This document shows, in pieces, positions 12,001 to 24,900 of a stretch of 64,000 bases of DNA; positions within the stretch are counted from its first letter, which is position 1, and every line of letters starts with the position of its first letter. Made by a program: the position numbers and the translations under genes. The DNA comes from Amoebophrya sp. A120 (taxonomy: Eukaryota; Protista; Dinoflagellata): positions 2,229,216-2,293,215 of the forward strand of contig CAJINV010000002.1 of the NCBI GenBank assembly GCA_905178155.1, in the 5' to 3' direction. The notes below the pieces were generated by a model that worked only from the letters and a program-made list of their open reading frames with translations, was not told where the DNA came from and made no database searches.

Positions 12001-13325
12001 GTTCTTGATTTTCCCGTCCTGGTTGATCTTTTTGAACACCTTCCACCCGCCGAATATTTTTGACAGTAATGACAGTTTCTCCTTGTTCTTAATCCGTTTG
12101 TTCGCGAAGAGGATGAGTTTGTTCTTGAATTTCTTCTTCTCCTCTAACTCGTGAACCAACTCCGTCTGCGCTTTCTATGCAGTGCAAAAGTAGTAGTATC
12201 GGGATAGCGCAAAAATCGCATGTTGACAGAGTTTCTCATGCTGAAAAACGAAGTTTGTTATGCAGAGTCGGGTAGGAAACTAAGTCTGTCATGCATCATT
12301 GCGATTACTAGTACGAGTAAGATGCACCTTTTGCACTGGATACTTTCTCCAAAATGTCGATCTGCATCCGTTTCTCTGCCAACTGGTCTTCGTACTTCGT
12401 CTTTGTGTCGTCGAGGCGGGCCTGGAGATGGAGAAGTTTGGATTTGACATGATTTGTCAATGTCATGCGAAAACGAAAACCAGTATGAGACGGAATGTCT
12501 GTCATGCGGTTACGCTTTCATCTACGCATCGCAAAGTTCGGTAAAAATCACTACGCTTTATCATACCTGAAAGGCGTGATTCAGAGTTTTCTCCGCCGTG
12601 CCGTAGTCCCGCACAGCCTGTTGCTTGAAGTTCGCAACGGTCTCCGTTAGTAACGCTTCGAACTTGTTTTGAAAGCTGAACTCGCACTGTTTCCACAACG
12701 CATCTTGCTGGAGGAGCAGCTGATAGTGTTTTTTTGTTGTATCACATGCATGACAATTGTAAGTACGTTCTAAAAAGAACCCGTGGGGCTGCAATAGAAG
12801 CTAACCTCTCGTCTCGCTCTGTTTCTGCATCAAATCAAACAGAAGTAGAATGCTTGTGCTTAACACCTGTTGCGCCTGCGCAGCCGCGACCACGGCACTC
12901 TGCGATGATTTCTGATCCGCTGATTGCTCAGCTTGTTTTCCCGACACAGTGGCTGCATCAACAGCGGTGCTCTTACAACCCGCTGCACTAGAAGAAGTCT
13001 TTTTACTACTCGCCATCATCGCTTCTTGCACGGCGTTGTTGATCCGTTGCTGCTGAAACAGTTGGTCCGACTTGAAACTCCCCGTAGAAGATGAAACCAC
13101 GACTTTGCCGTTCGGCGAGGCTTCAAATTCCTTCTCTTCCCCTTCGACCGACATCGACATGTCGCCGTTATCGCTTCCGGATGAAAACGTGTTTTTCAGC
13201 ATCACCCCGCTCACCCCCATCCCCCCTTCGGGAAACAAGTTCGTCGCATCCTCGAGAGAGTTACGGAGAGAGTTCGGGACAGAGTCCCGTAAAAGCTCCG
13301 CAAGCTGGTCTGCTTGGGAGGACAT
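9079..13325 (-). CDS. POC5: POC5-like centriolar (centrin-binding) coiled-coil protein, multi-exon
   Basis: The spliced frame gives QNLQANLKRVFMRGVCQLNFEAMNLL, matching the conserved POC5 motif (KKAFMRGVCALNLEAM). Trp-containing centrin-binding-like segments (LLSKIFGGWK, VLAWRRWW). The 3' exons join in frame to a TGA at 9079-9081. Some 5' intron boundaries are uncertain. Confidence 0.8.
9180..9388. mobile_element. Introner family C
   Basis: TIR tatccaagaaaa / ttttcttggata; TSD acttc. Confidence 0.9.
9495..9763. mobile_element. Introner family A
   Basis: TIR tatcaaatgcaaatatgtctgggtctggaag / cttccagacccagacatatttgcaatccata; TSD tggtg. Confidence 0.92.
9799..10001. mobile_element. Introner family H
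   Basis: TIR tatgaaagtgcacaac / gttgtgcactctcata; TSD tcagc/tcaac. Confidence 0.85.
10545..10658 (-). other. Canonical GT-AG intron (POC5-like gene)
   Basis: caag|gtatta … tctttcag|gtgga on the minus strand; joins in frame. Confidence 0.8.
10817..11080. mobile_element. Introner family A
   Basis: Family A TIRs; TSD tctgg. Confidence 0.92.
11120..11382. mobile_element. Introner family A (opposite internal orientation to 10817)
   Basis: Family A TIRs (first base a instead of t); TSD ggcca. Confidence 0.9.
11476..11737. mobile_element. Introner family A
   Basis: Family A TIRs; TSD tgctt; near-identical to 10817-11080. Confidence 0.92.
12176..12342. mobile_element. Introner family B
   Basis: TIR tatgcagtgcaaaag / cttttgcactggata; TSD ctttc. 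Confidence 0.85.
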
Positions 13326-14297
13326 CTTTATATAAACTCGCTTGTTTTTGAAGATGTTGCGCCCTTCAAAACTTGTGTTGCTGTAGTTCTACTTCTAGCT
13401 ACTAAAGTTCTATCGAGGTGAGTGGGCGTCGTGTAGAAGGGAGATAAGAATTATGTTCGGAAACGGGATGTTGAGATGAAAGGCCACGGGGAGCTGCGGC
13501 CTCAGAAGTGGTCACTTTTGGTTTCACTGCAGGGCCGCTTTGAATTTCGTTTGATTCCCACACGACTCGACATCAAAGCATAATTTGCAGCTGGGGGCAC
13601 AGCTTATCGCTCGAAGAAGGTTTTTTGGCAATTTGCAGCACTGGAGTGTCGCAGCTTTGGATTGTGAAAATTCTCGGTTACGAAAAAAAAACGACGAAGA
13701 AGAAAAACAAAAAACACAGATAGTGGAAGTCGTGTGCTCATCTTCACGCAGCACATTACCCGCAAAAAAGAAACTCTGACTTTCAAATCCGTCAGTTTCA
13801 GCATCGCTTTGCAAGCAGCATATGAAAATCGTGGAAACAGTTTTTTGAAAGGTTCAAACTTGTGGTGCAAAATCTTTGGATAGCCAACGTGTACTAGCGT
13901 ATTGAATTGTTCCGAGTCTGTACAAAAAGTCCCATAGGAACTACAGAAAGAGAGAGAAAGCATAGAAGTTTGTTCTTGTGTGCCCGTACACCAAAAGCAA
14001 AAAGTGACATCATCATAGTACCGATAAGTAGTGAGTTCGAATTTGAAACGACTTCTGTTCCAACCTGTAGAGTCGGAGGAGATAGATTTTGATTTTGAAA
14101 AAAATACAGCAGCGAAAGCTGTTCAGAAACAGTGTACATGCGACGAAACGTAAATTGGCAAAAACGACCACGAAATAAATTCTTGCGCAAAAACTGTAAA
14201 ACTGTGATTTTGAAGTCTTGAGAATTGAAGTCTGATTGCGAGGACTTGTTGGTAGCGTTTGCGTTACACGTACGCTCTTCTACGTTTCAATATTTCG

Positions 14298-17200
14298 TCA
14301 TATTTCCTTGGCCAAATTGAGCATTTTCCTTTTCTGCTCTACCTGACGATCCACCTCGTTGTTGGCATCCTCGGCTGAGCTGTCATGCACGCCCGCCTCC
14401 CTGTCGTTCATCTTTCTAATTTTCAATTCCGCCATGTCCAGCGCCTTCTCACCATTCAAAACGGGAACTTCGGTCGGGCCGAGTTGTTTTTGTTGTTCTC
14501 CACCTGCTACAGATGTAGTTGAAGCTGCTCCTGCACTCGTAGGTGGCGTTCCTCCTGCTCCCAATTTCTCCCTTATTTCCCCTGTAATATCCCCTTGTTC
14601 GTGGTCCCTCACAACTCTGCTCTCCTGCCGGCGCCTCATCTGTTCCTCGGGACTGAGGTTTCTCTTGCTGCTTCCCTCTACTACAGCTTCCTCGTCGTCC
14701 TTAAAGCAGTACCCGGTTCGTATCACCAAATCCGGATTATCATGCTTCATCATGACCACTAACAACCCGAAACCGCTCATCCGAACCCCTTCTTTCCGTT
14801 TTGAAACTGCTCTGTCGATCATCTCCTGTATCATTTGTAAAAACGTCCCCACACCAGAGTTGTGATGCAGATTTGCAATGGCAGAAACATTTGTAATGCG
14901 CATCTCCATGAGAGGCGTTTCTAGTCGTGTTTTGGCATTTGTAATGCTGTAACCAGGAGAAGCAGATGGATTTGTGATCCGTTTGTCCTTGCTAGCCTGG
15001 ACTACACTACGGACTGCAACTTGTGATGCGTGAGTCCCAAAACTTCTAGGTTTGTGTTGCAAAATCCCCATCTTGACTCTGGGGTGGGGATGTTTTTCAA
15101 TACGATATCCTGGTTCTCAAAGTCATCGTGGTCCGGGTAATGTTTTCTGCTCCAGTTTTGCCAAATTTCCTGTATTTTCTCCACCTCCTGCTTACCCTTA
15201 CTCGCGTTTTCGTCCACCAATGTTCCGATCACACCGACGATGCGGAACCAGCTCCAGAACTGGGCTGCGCGGATATGGATGTGTCAGGATCGAAATCGTC
15301 AATGTTGAAATGATATGGCATGCATAAAATGCGATACAGAAATTGGCTCTAAGGCAGAGGATGCACGGGAGGCAGATTATAGTCCTGGTAAGGATCAAAA
15401 GTTGGACTGCTGACTAGCATGACAGAAGGCAGATCTTTTGCCCTAAACCGCATGACAGACTCGCTTCCAGGACCGGGAAGATTTGTCATGCACCGCCTAC
15501 AAACTGTAGGTCTAACTGGTATCCGTTTTATGCATCACAAATCATTTCAACTTTGACGATTTCAATCCTGACAGTTCCATAGCGGAGCGGCGAGATGTAT
15601 TGCAACGCGATTTCTAACCGTTGGCTGGCTGAGTCGTATTGGGAAAGGTCGAGCACTTGTTGTGATCTTTTGGTGTTTAACGAGGGTTTTGAAGAGTGGT
15701 CTTGTTCCTCGTCGCTTGCAGGATCTACTGTGTAGTTGGAAGAATCCGCATCCGTAATTCCATCTGCTGCAGCACTCCCAGTGGTCGAATCTGATGCGGA
15801 GCAGGCAGAGGTACAACTAGGTGAGGCTGAAGAGCGCTCGTGGTTCAGTTCTGGTCTCGTATCACGGCTCGGTTGTAGTTGTTTCTCGGCAGGCGCTGTT
15901 GCACTGGCATTCTCTGCTGCGCCGTCAGGTGAAGAAGTGGTTGCTGTCGTGCTAATAGTGCTGCCGCTGCTGTCGCTAGTGTTTTTCGTGCTGTTGCAAA
16001 CGAAATCCTTATGAAACAACGCCAAATCATCCCCGGTATGACACAAAACATCGTGCTCCAAAGTGGAATTGTCACCATTACTCCCGCTTTTCGGCACACT
16101 CCTCCTTATCCTCCGATTCACGCTGGACATCCGGGCGATTAACTTTTCCCGGACTGGTTCATTCACCTTATCAAATGCAAAAATGTCTGGGTCTGGATAG
16201 ATGCAGGTGTTTGTGATGCAGGTTTTGAATCTCCCAGAGTGTCTGGCATGCAGGACCAGCATCACAGGTGTTTCGAGAGCTTCGCGATCGCGATGCCTAC
16301 CCTGCATGAGAAAGCCGCTTTCACCATGGCCAAAAATACAAAACGAAAACTTTTGCTATTTATGCAACACAGATTTTCGTGTGATCTGAAATGCGCATCA
16401 CAAGTTGCAACCTTCCAGACCCAGACATATTTGCAATGCATACACCTCTAACTGCAACAACTCCTCCGCGGTTTGCAGTTTCCAAGCGTACAATGGGTTC
16501 ACATAGGAGGCGAAACACGTCGACTTGTCGTTTTTGTAGCACCAAGTACTACTAGAAGACGAGTCATCGTTGAATGTTCCTCTCACGGAGGTTCTACTTC
16601 CAGCACAAGTACCAGCATCAGCAACTCCCACATCAGCAGCATGAGCTTGGTCGACACTGTTTGGTATCAACCTCGTTTCTGGCCGCAACTTCCCGGTTTC
16701 ACTGCACAACTTCGCGGCATACGCGGTCCGGTACAGTTGGAAGCAGCTGTAGACCTGGAAATCCACGATCTTCAATAACCTCTCCGACAACGCGTATTGG
16801 ATCAACACCAGATACTATCGCAAGAAAAAACTGTTTCACTGTGAACTTGTGATGCAGAAAAGCGTGTTTTTCCTTGGGAGGCGCGCATGACAAATTTTCA
16901 GTGCCATGGTGCGTATTAACAAACTTGTGACGCAGATCTTGCAAAATCATCACAGTGAAACAGTTTTTTCGTGGGATAGATACTCCTTCTGGTGCTGCTG
17001 GGATTCGAACTGTACCATCGGGAAAATGACGTGGACGGAGTATTTCTTCGGATCTTGGTTGGACAAGATCACGGGTAAAATTTCTTCCAAATTTTCTCTC
17101 CTCGCTTCGTCGAAAGCGGTGGTGTGTAAACCGAGCGTTTTGAAAACGGTTTGACTCAGTTCCCGCATCAACTCCGGGTGGAGTTTCTTCATCTCCTCCA

Positions 17201-19272
17201 CGTTTTCTTTGCAGTCTATGTCGAAATACAGACACCTCGGCTGGGATTCGTCTAAAACCTCGTGGAAGTTGTGCAGCCTATGCGGGTTTGAAGCGAGGTT
17301 CACTAACGTCTCGTGGCTGTCGACAAAGCCGTACTTTTTCATCTGGCTGTACTTCGGCGGGGGCTTTTCTTGTTTGCCGCTCAACAGCGCTGCTGTTTGT
17401 TGTTCCGAGGTGGCGGCGGATGATGATGATGATGCGCTTGAAGGGGAAGGGGATGATACTGTTGCAGAATCTACTGCCGCCGTGCTTGCAACGGACACGC
17501 TTGCTCCTGCTGAAGAGGAACCAGCAACCAACGTGCTCGCTGCAATTTTCTTCCCCCTCTTTCCCTTTGCCGGGATCAGATAGGAACTGCCCACGAGAAA
17601 CCCGTTCACCTCCTTCCAGTCTGGATGGTGCGCTAACAACGAGTCCTTTTTCGGGTACCACTGGACTTCATCGTGGAAGGCGGAAAAGCCGATGTAATTC
17701 ACGCGCTGGCGCAGGCCGTAGAGTTTGTTTTTGGAGTAAGCTGCGGGGCCTGTCTGTTGGAAATAATTCTTGCTAAATTGCTCTGCATACGCACTCGTGT
17801 TCTTTTCGCCCCACCGCTTACTGGAAGATGCTGCTGCTGCTGCTGCTGCCGCTGCGCCTTTCCAGTTGCTGCCCTGCGCTGCATCGCAGGAGGAGAACCC
17901 AGGTTGCGCCGCAGCAGCGGCACCCTCTTCTCCCGGCAGTAGAGGCGGTTCTTCGGGCTTTGGCGGTCTTTTGCGGAAGACATCGTACTTACCCGTTCCC
18001 GGCTGCCACTTCCATTTTTTCAGTTTCCAGTCGTAGTACCACGCGTGGCCCTTTCGTTTTTCCGCTTTGGGCTTATTGGGAGTACTACTAGATGCGGCTT
18101 TCTTTTTCGGTTCTCTTTGTTTTTCTCCTTGTCCTTCTTTCGAAGCGGCTGCCGCTTTCTTGGTCTGGGAGGGTTTTGGATCGGTAGAGGAGGATGAGGA
18201 AGTGGATGCCTTTGTGTTGTGTCTGCTTCCGCTTGACGGTGCAGACGCTGGTAGTGCTGGCAACGCTTCGTCAGACACCGGAACAAAAAATCGTTTTTTC
18301 TGCGCACTAGACCTCGAGGAGGACGACAGCTCTGGCTCGTCGAGGTCCAAGATCTTTGGCTTACTTCTAAAGCGCGTCTCTGGTGGTGGCGTCGGTGGAG
18401 CCGGCTGATTTGATGTTAAGTTTGACAAATTCATTATACATTAGAGCGGTTAGTTTCATTCTGGAAGATGCTAAAAATCGACATGCACACATTTGAATCA
18501 AACTCGGACACGACAGCAAGACAAAAAAACTCCCTTACTTCCTGCGCATGCCGTTGATCCAATATTCCAGTGTAGCTGGTATGCGCGCCGTTCCGGTCTC
18601 GAGAAAATCCCGTACTGCCCGGCCTGTAGTGCAGCTGGTCGTGCCCATGATCGTGGTAATTGTCTTGTGTCCTAATCGCCGCGGCCACTGCCGCCGCCGC
18701 ACCGAGCTGCCCGGTCGTACTACTGCTACTTGTGATGCTGGAAGAGCCAATATCACTTACTCCCCCTGCCGTCTGAACCGCGGTCGCTTTGCTTTGGATG
18801 ATCTTGAGTTTTTGCGCGCGGGCCATCTCCTGTTTCACCTTTTCGCTCTGTGCGACTTTGCTGCTCCTCGCCTTCTCTACATGGCAAAAATGTCTGGGTC
18901 TGGAAGCATGCAGACTTGTCATGCATATTTTCCGTGCCCCATGAGGTCTGGAATGCAGGACCTAGCATGACAGATTCTGCGAAGTGGAAGTCTCTATCAT
19001 GCCAATCCTGCATGAGAAACTCCCTCCAAACTTGGTCGAAAGTGGACAGCTTTTGGCACTCATGCAACACAGATTTCTGCATGATTCGGATTTAGCATGA
19101 CAAGTTGCAATCTTCCAGACCTAGACATTTTTGCAATCCATACCTTCGCCGCCCCGACAACATTCGCCACTACTTCCTTGGCCTTAGCCCGCTTTTTCGA
19201 GATCAGCATCAAGGTTTGCCGCTTCATGTTCACTTCCAATTGGGCGAGCTGTTTCAGACGGCTCCACCGCAT
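14298..19272 (-). CDS. PRIMPOL: PrimPol-like archaeo-eukaryotic primase-polymerase (7 exons)
   Basis: AEP motifs HNFHEVL…PRCLYFDID (I), KYSVHVIF (II) and IVDFQVYSCFQLYR (III). Exons join in frame after removing 5 introners and one GT-AG intron. Confidence 0.8.
14829..15107. mobile_element. Introner family D
   Basis: TIR tatc…aaaaacgtccccacaccagagt / actctggggtggggatgttttt…gata; TSD tcctg. Confidence 0.88.
15274..15581. mobile_element. Introner family F
   Basis: TIR tatggatgtgtcaggatcgaaatcgtcaa / ttgacgatttcaatcctgacagttccata; TSD gcgga. Confidence 0.9.
16169..16442. mobile_element. Introner family A
   Basis: Family A TIRs; TSD cacct (sense aggtg, so it can be drawn GT-AG). Confidence 0.92.
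16816..16978. mobile_element. Introner family I
   Basis: TIR tatcgcaagaaaaaactgtttcactgtga / tcacagtgaaacagttttttcgtgggata; TSD gatac. Confidence 0.9.
18405..18538 (-). other. Canonical GT-AG intron (PrimPol-like gene)
   Basis: gaa|gtaagg … aatcag|ccg; in frame. Confidence 0.75.
18876..19142. mobile_element. Introner family A
   Basis: Family A TIRs (left terminus degenerate); TSD ccttc. Confidence 0.88.
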
Positions 19273-20500
19273 GGCTAAAGGCTGCTGGTGAAGATCCTTT
19301 TACCGTCTCGTCAAGCGATGTCAAGAGCCAGGTGTCGTCGTGAAGGCAAGAACGTGGAGCGTACGTGCGACTGCGACGCGAGCATCTTTTCTTGATAAAC
19401 GTGCAATTCTTTGAAACGACAACGAGAAGCCATTTTGATTTTCATGTACTTTCTTCATTTTGTGCTTGTGCACTTCTTGATACGGCACTCTCAACAGACG
19501 ACTCGCTCCTTCGTGACCTTCTCATCTCTCATCGTAACTGCACGCAGCCGTATTCGTACCTCCCTCAAAGTAGAGTGATAGAAGCAACGTTCTCAGAATT
19601 GAGTTTACTTGTACGTAAATACCATGACTCGTGCAAGGACGACGAGACTTGCGAACAATGGCAAGGTGCAGCGGGAGGACCGGAAGCAACAGCGTTGCTG
19701 ATTTCTTAGCAAGTGTTTTGCAGCGAGATTTTCGTAAATCAAAGGTAGAAGTTGCAAGCTGGGGTAGAAATGATTCTTAAGGAGGTTAAAGTCTCAGCTA
19801 GAAGGTTAATATTCGTCTCACGTTGACGCCGCTGTTGCAACACATTATTTCTTCATATTCCATGAGGAATTTTTGCAGCTCGTTGCTGGTCGTGATGCGT
19901 AGATAATATCAAGCTCCATAATTCCACTGATACAGCAGCACACCAGCCGACGTGAAAATAGTTGAACTAACCCCAGGAAAGTCGCGAAATAATCACCAGA
20001 GTCGTCCGGTATGCATTGATATTATGCAGCTGGATCACAAACCTCCACTATTCTGCGCAAAACCGAACAAACTTCGTAGAAGCGTAATTTCGTGTTGTCG
20101 TTGCAATCTCCGTGCTCTACTTGCCGCGAAAATTGTTGAAAATTCTTCTTTATTTTCCCCTCCGACGTCAGCTGCACTAAAACCTTCTCGTTAATATCTC
20201 CCCTAAAAACGTCGTAGTTCATCTCCCCGCTTCGTGCTAGTTAGTTGTTGTAACGCGTTTTAAAACAAGGTTTTCTCGATGATTCTTGTAAATTGATGTT
20301 GTTGCAGTTGATCGTTGTGGCTGTTGCAATGGTCGTTCTCCATCATGTTGCTGGGAAGCAGTAGTAGTTGGTGCCGTCGTCCGTGCATTCTGGAACGAAG
20401 TGGTACAGGAAGTAATCATTTGAAATGAAACCGTGAACAAGATCATGTTGACGATCATGTCGATAGCGTGTAGTCGAGTTCTGAGGTGGTGAAGGACGAC

Positions 20501-21096
20501 TTAAATGTCCGCCAAATCCACCACTTCCTCAGTGTCGTTGAACTCGATGTCATCGCCGTCATCGTCCTCATTCGCCAAATCGGTCTCGTTGATCTTCGTG
20601 TTCTCTGGCAGCTCGCCATAGGTCTTCAGGTTCTTTGCCTCGTCCGACATGTACTTCAGGATGATATCCCCCTTCTCGTCCTGGAAGTCACGGAGAGAAA
20701 CCAGGACAATGTCACCGACCATCACCCATACCTGTAGTTATAATTTTCAGGTGAAGTTATTCCGTTTTTCTTTTTACCATCACAAATTAATCTTCAAAGT
20801 AGGAAGGCTGAAAAACACTACGTACCATAGTAATTCTGCATGAAAGCCTGTCAACATGCGTATGCGAAAGCGAGCATTATGAAAAACTGTACCCTCTTCC
20901 TCATCTTTCCGCAAATGTGGCACAATCTTTTCGTCCCGTCGAAGCACTGCACGTCACACCTTCCGTTCCCCAACATCTTCAACACCTGGCCATACTCCTG
21001 CCCGTCTTCCTTGAAAATCAGCTCTCGCTTGGCGAACTCCTGGTTGCCCTTAGCGCGCTTGTTCTTCTTGCCTCCCTTCCCCTTGACTTTCGGCAT
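20501..21096 (-). CDS. eIF1A: Eukaryotic translation initiation factor 1A (exons 21096-20893, 20731-20501)
   Basis: [11 protein letters not shown]…[25 protein letters not shown]…[39 protein letters not shown]. One GT-AG intron at 20732-20892. Confidence 0.97.
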
Positions 21097-21971
21097 TTTG
21101 GATGTTGTGTGTGGTTTTTTGAGTGTAGTTTAGTTTGTACAAAGAGATTAAAGCGATGCTGAGCTTACTCTTTTTAAACAGGACTAAAAATAGTCGTGGG
21201 TTAAATTCTAGATGTTTGGATGCAATTCAAATATAGTTTTTCAAGATGATGAAAACTAAAAAAAACGCTGTTGTTTTTGTTGGGTCGTGGGGGGTAAATT
21301 GGAAGTGGAATGTGGATTTTTGGGATTTTACCTTTACTATTGCGTGAAAAAATAATGGTGCGTCTATTAAGTCTATTGGGCTTCAATCAAATTTTTGGGG
21401 ATCTCCTGCGACGGTGGATCAAAAATTTTCAATTCTTCAAGTCGACGAGGATTTTGGATTTCTCTTTCTGACTGCAGAGACCCTTGGATTTATTCTTTCG
21501 CATTCGCGCAACGTTCTACAATCTACTTTCTTCGGTGGTGTAGTCGTCCCGTGAAAAATTCTTCTCGTTCTTGCTCTCATCAACCAACGAGCCCATGCAA
21601 GACCGACACCCAAGCACGAGCTGGAAGCTTCTTCTTCGGACCGATTGTTGTTTCCTTTGATTTGTGTGACTCTGAAAGTCTACTGAGTTCTTACGTGGAA
21701 CATTCAAGAAAGTGGTCAAGGATTGACGCAGATCTATTCGATTTCGAATTTGCTTCGATGAGATAAAATAAAAGCCTACACGCTGAATTCAGCAGGACGA
21801 AAGTGATTGGGTTTACGTTCAGGCTCTTTCCTACCTCCTACGAGAATCACGCGTTCTTGTGAAGAGCTCGCGCTCGACGTGCTGTCGTAGTGCTGATTCT
21901 AAAAGAACTGGAGTGAAAAATGTGAAAAGAATCAGAATGAGACTTTATGTATAAACTCCTTCTAATCCTTC

Positions 21972-24900
21972 TCAACCGACCCTCTCCCCCGGCGAAAAGG
22001 CCGTACCCCCTCCGCCCGTCGCTGTACCACGACCACCACCCTTCTGCTCCACCCACAGTAGTTTCTCACAAGCGTCATCAATCGCTTTAAATTGCCGGGT
22101 AAAACTCGCCGGGTACAAAAACGGCCGCAAATCGAACCTGTTATCCTCCGGCGAGTAGTTCTCCGCGTGGTAAGCTGGAGTCAACGTCGTCATCTTGTGC
22201 CGGTTGATCGCGTTGTAGAAATAAAAGTCCTTCACCTTCTGCCCCACCTCCTTTGCGTAGTCGGAAACCGGGATTTTTGCCAGCTCCTTCTCCAACCCCG
22301 CACCGATCGCGGAGGATTTCGAAACCTTCGGATTTCTCCTACTAACAGTTAACCTTTTCCTCTGTGACTCGCCCGTCTCGGTGTTCTGCTGTTCGTTATC
22401 AAATGCAAAAATGTCTGGGCCTGGGAGACTCCGAGATTTGTCATGCAGTTTTTCCAAGCTCCCCTACGCCTGGAATGCAGGGCCTAGCATCACAGGTTCT
22501 GCAGCCCCGTGGTGATGCGTATTCTGCATGAGAAATGCCCTCTCAGCATGGCCAGAAGTGGGCAGGGGCAGGGCACCTTTTGCACGTTATGCATCACAGA
22601 CCTTTGTAGGATCCGAAACACGCATCACAAGTTCGGATCCTTCCAGACCCAGGCATATTTGCATTTGATATTCGTTCCAGATTTGCAAAAGTTTCTCGAA
22701 GGTGGAATAAGGGCCGGCTCTTTCGCACTTCCGCGCGAACCCTAGTTCGCCAAGTTCCGCATAGCTCATGCCCATATCCACCTCGTCCTTCTGATCGCCC
22801 TCGGCGCCGGTGAGCTCGGCGGAGGGTTCGGCCGTGGCGGTATCGTACAGGACGGTGGAGTTGCTGATGATTTGAGTTTGAGGGTGTTTGTGTTTGGAGG
22901 AAGATGGCAAATTTGTCTTGCACAAAACACCACTAGAACGGAATTCTGTCATGCAAAAACAAGCAACAATAAACATACTTTTTCTTCCCGATTGTCTCGT
23001 GCCCCCACAGTAGGAATTGTTTCAAATCCACCTTTTTTATCCCCCCGATCGGGTTGATATCTGCGGCTGAACAGTCGTACTTCGTGTAGTACCCGCGCAA
23101 CGCCTCATCCACATTCGCTATGGTATGCATTGCAAAACAAGTATCACACTCGTACCTACTAATCGCAAATATGCATGACAAATCTCCTTCCCAAGGTAAA
23201 CCAGCATGAAAGACTTCATTTGTCATGCTGAGCTGCTTTGTAATTGTATATGCAAAAATCGCTATACTAGTACGATACTTTTACCATTCATACGACCCTA
23301 GCACCAGCAACTGCCCCGGCCAAACTCCTTTCGCGCTGTCCTTTTCATCCTGGTACTGCCAGGGCAAAAGCTGCGCCAAAAAATACCCCATCACCATCCG
23401 GCTCCGGGCCTGAATATTCTGTAGCGCGAGGTTTTCGACAGCGGAAGCGCCCATGTTCGGCGTTTTCATCTTCATACTCTTCGCGCTATCCGCTTCCAGC
23501 TTCATCTCGGAAAAAACCTGTTTCACCGCGTCCGTGACTTTGTCGATAAAGATCGACGTGTGGTTTCCGCCGATCAACGCGGAAACCTCCCTTGCTCTTC
23601 GCCGCGTCTCGTTCCCGGAATATTGACTGGCCATGTAGCAGGTGAAAAACAATTGGGAGCAGATGTCTTGGCCGGATTTTGGGACGAAATCCGGTTGCTT
23701 GATGATCCGCCGGAGTTCTTTTAGCAGGAGATTCGCGGTTGGGGTTTGTTTCAACATCACCGTCGTCCCGTCTGGTGCAGCTCTTGTTCCTCCTAATTGT
23801 GAAGACTTATTCGCAAGAACATCTGTAGTTTCCACTATCCCGGTGAACAGTCGTTGGCACATGATTCCTATCCAAGAAAAAAAGATTGTAGGTGTAACTT
23901 TCTTGGAGGATTAGCATCACAAATATCTCTCGCATGACAGTAAAAACCTGTCATGCGCAGATAGTACGCGAAAACGCCCTTGGATGGGCCCCACAATGCA
24001 GGCACAGCATGACAGATGCAATCAAGTTGCATGCTGCGCATCACAAATTTACACTAACAACGTTTTTTTCTTGGATAATTCCCACCAACAACGCCGTGGA
24101 GCTGCTGTCCATGCCGCCGGACAGAGGGAGAAAATACCCTCTTTGATTCGACCGTCTCAAGTAGTCCCAAAGCCAGGCCGACTATCCTGTGCAAAAGTGT
24201 CGCACTCGTATTGCAGTCATGAATTACAACAAATCCTTTTGCTAAGGTAAATCCGCATTACAAATTATATTTCTCATGCTGAGGGAATTTGTAATCATGC
24301 ATTTATACGACAACGCTACTTTTGCAGTTCATACTGACGGCCCGTACGCAATTTCTTCCATCGGTGTGTGCAGAAAGACTTCCTTCAAGTACGGTGACTT
24401 CTCGAGGTTTAGCGCCAATTTTTCATCCACTAGGGAAAAGTCCACGTCTATCCGCTGGTATTTCGTCTTGTTGTGGCTCGCCTGGACGGACCGGGACTTA
24501 AAACTGGTCCGGAACGACCGGACGGCGTTTAAATCCACCACCCCCGTTATCCTGAGCAAAAACGTCCCGACCCCCTAGTCAAGTTGGCAAATCTGCAACA
24601 CAAATCTCCAAGTTTTGGCTGCCGAGCACGACAAGTTCTTTGGGCTCGTAGTGTAATCCTTTTTAGCTAGCGCATTAGCATGACAAATTGACTTCCTTAT
24701 CATGATTCCAGCATCACAAACTCCCAGATAGAATTAGAAAATGGGTGTCATGGGGCTGCGCATGAGAGACATTTTAGGCTTGCGGATTTGCATTACAACT
24801 CTGGGGCGGGGACGTTTTTACACAGGATACCCGTTTTCACCTCCACCTCGCACATGTCAAACTGCGACCCCTGCGCGATTAAATGCCCGTTTTCCCAAAT

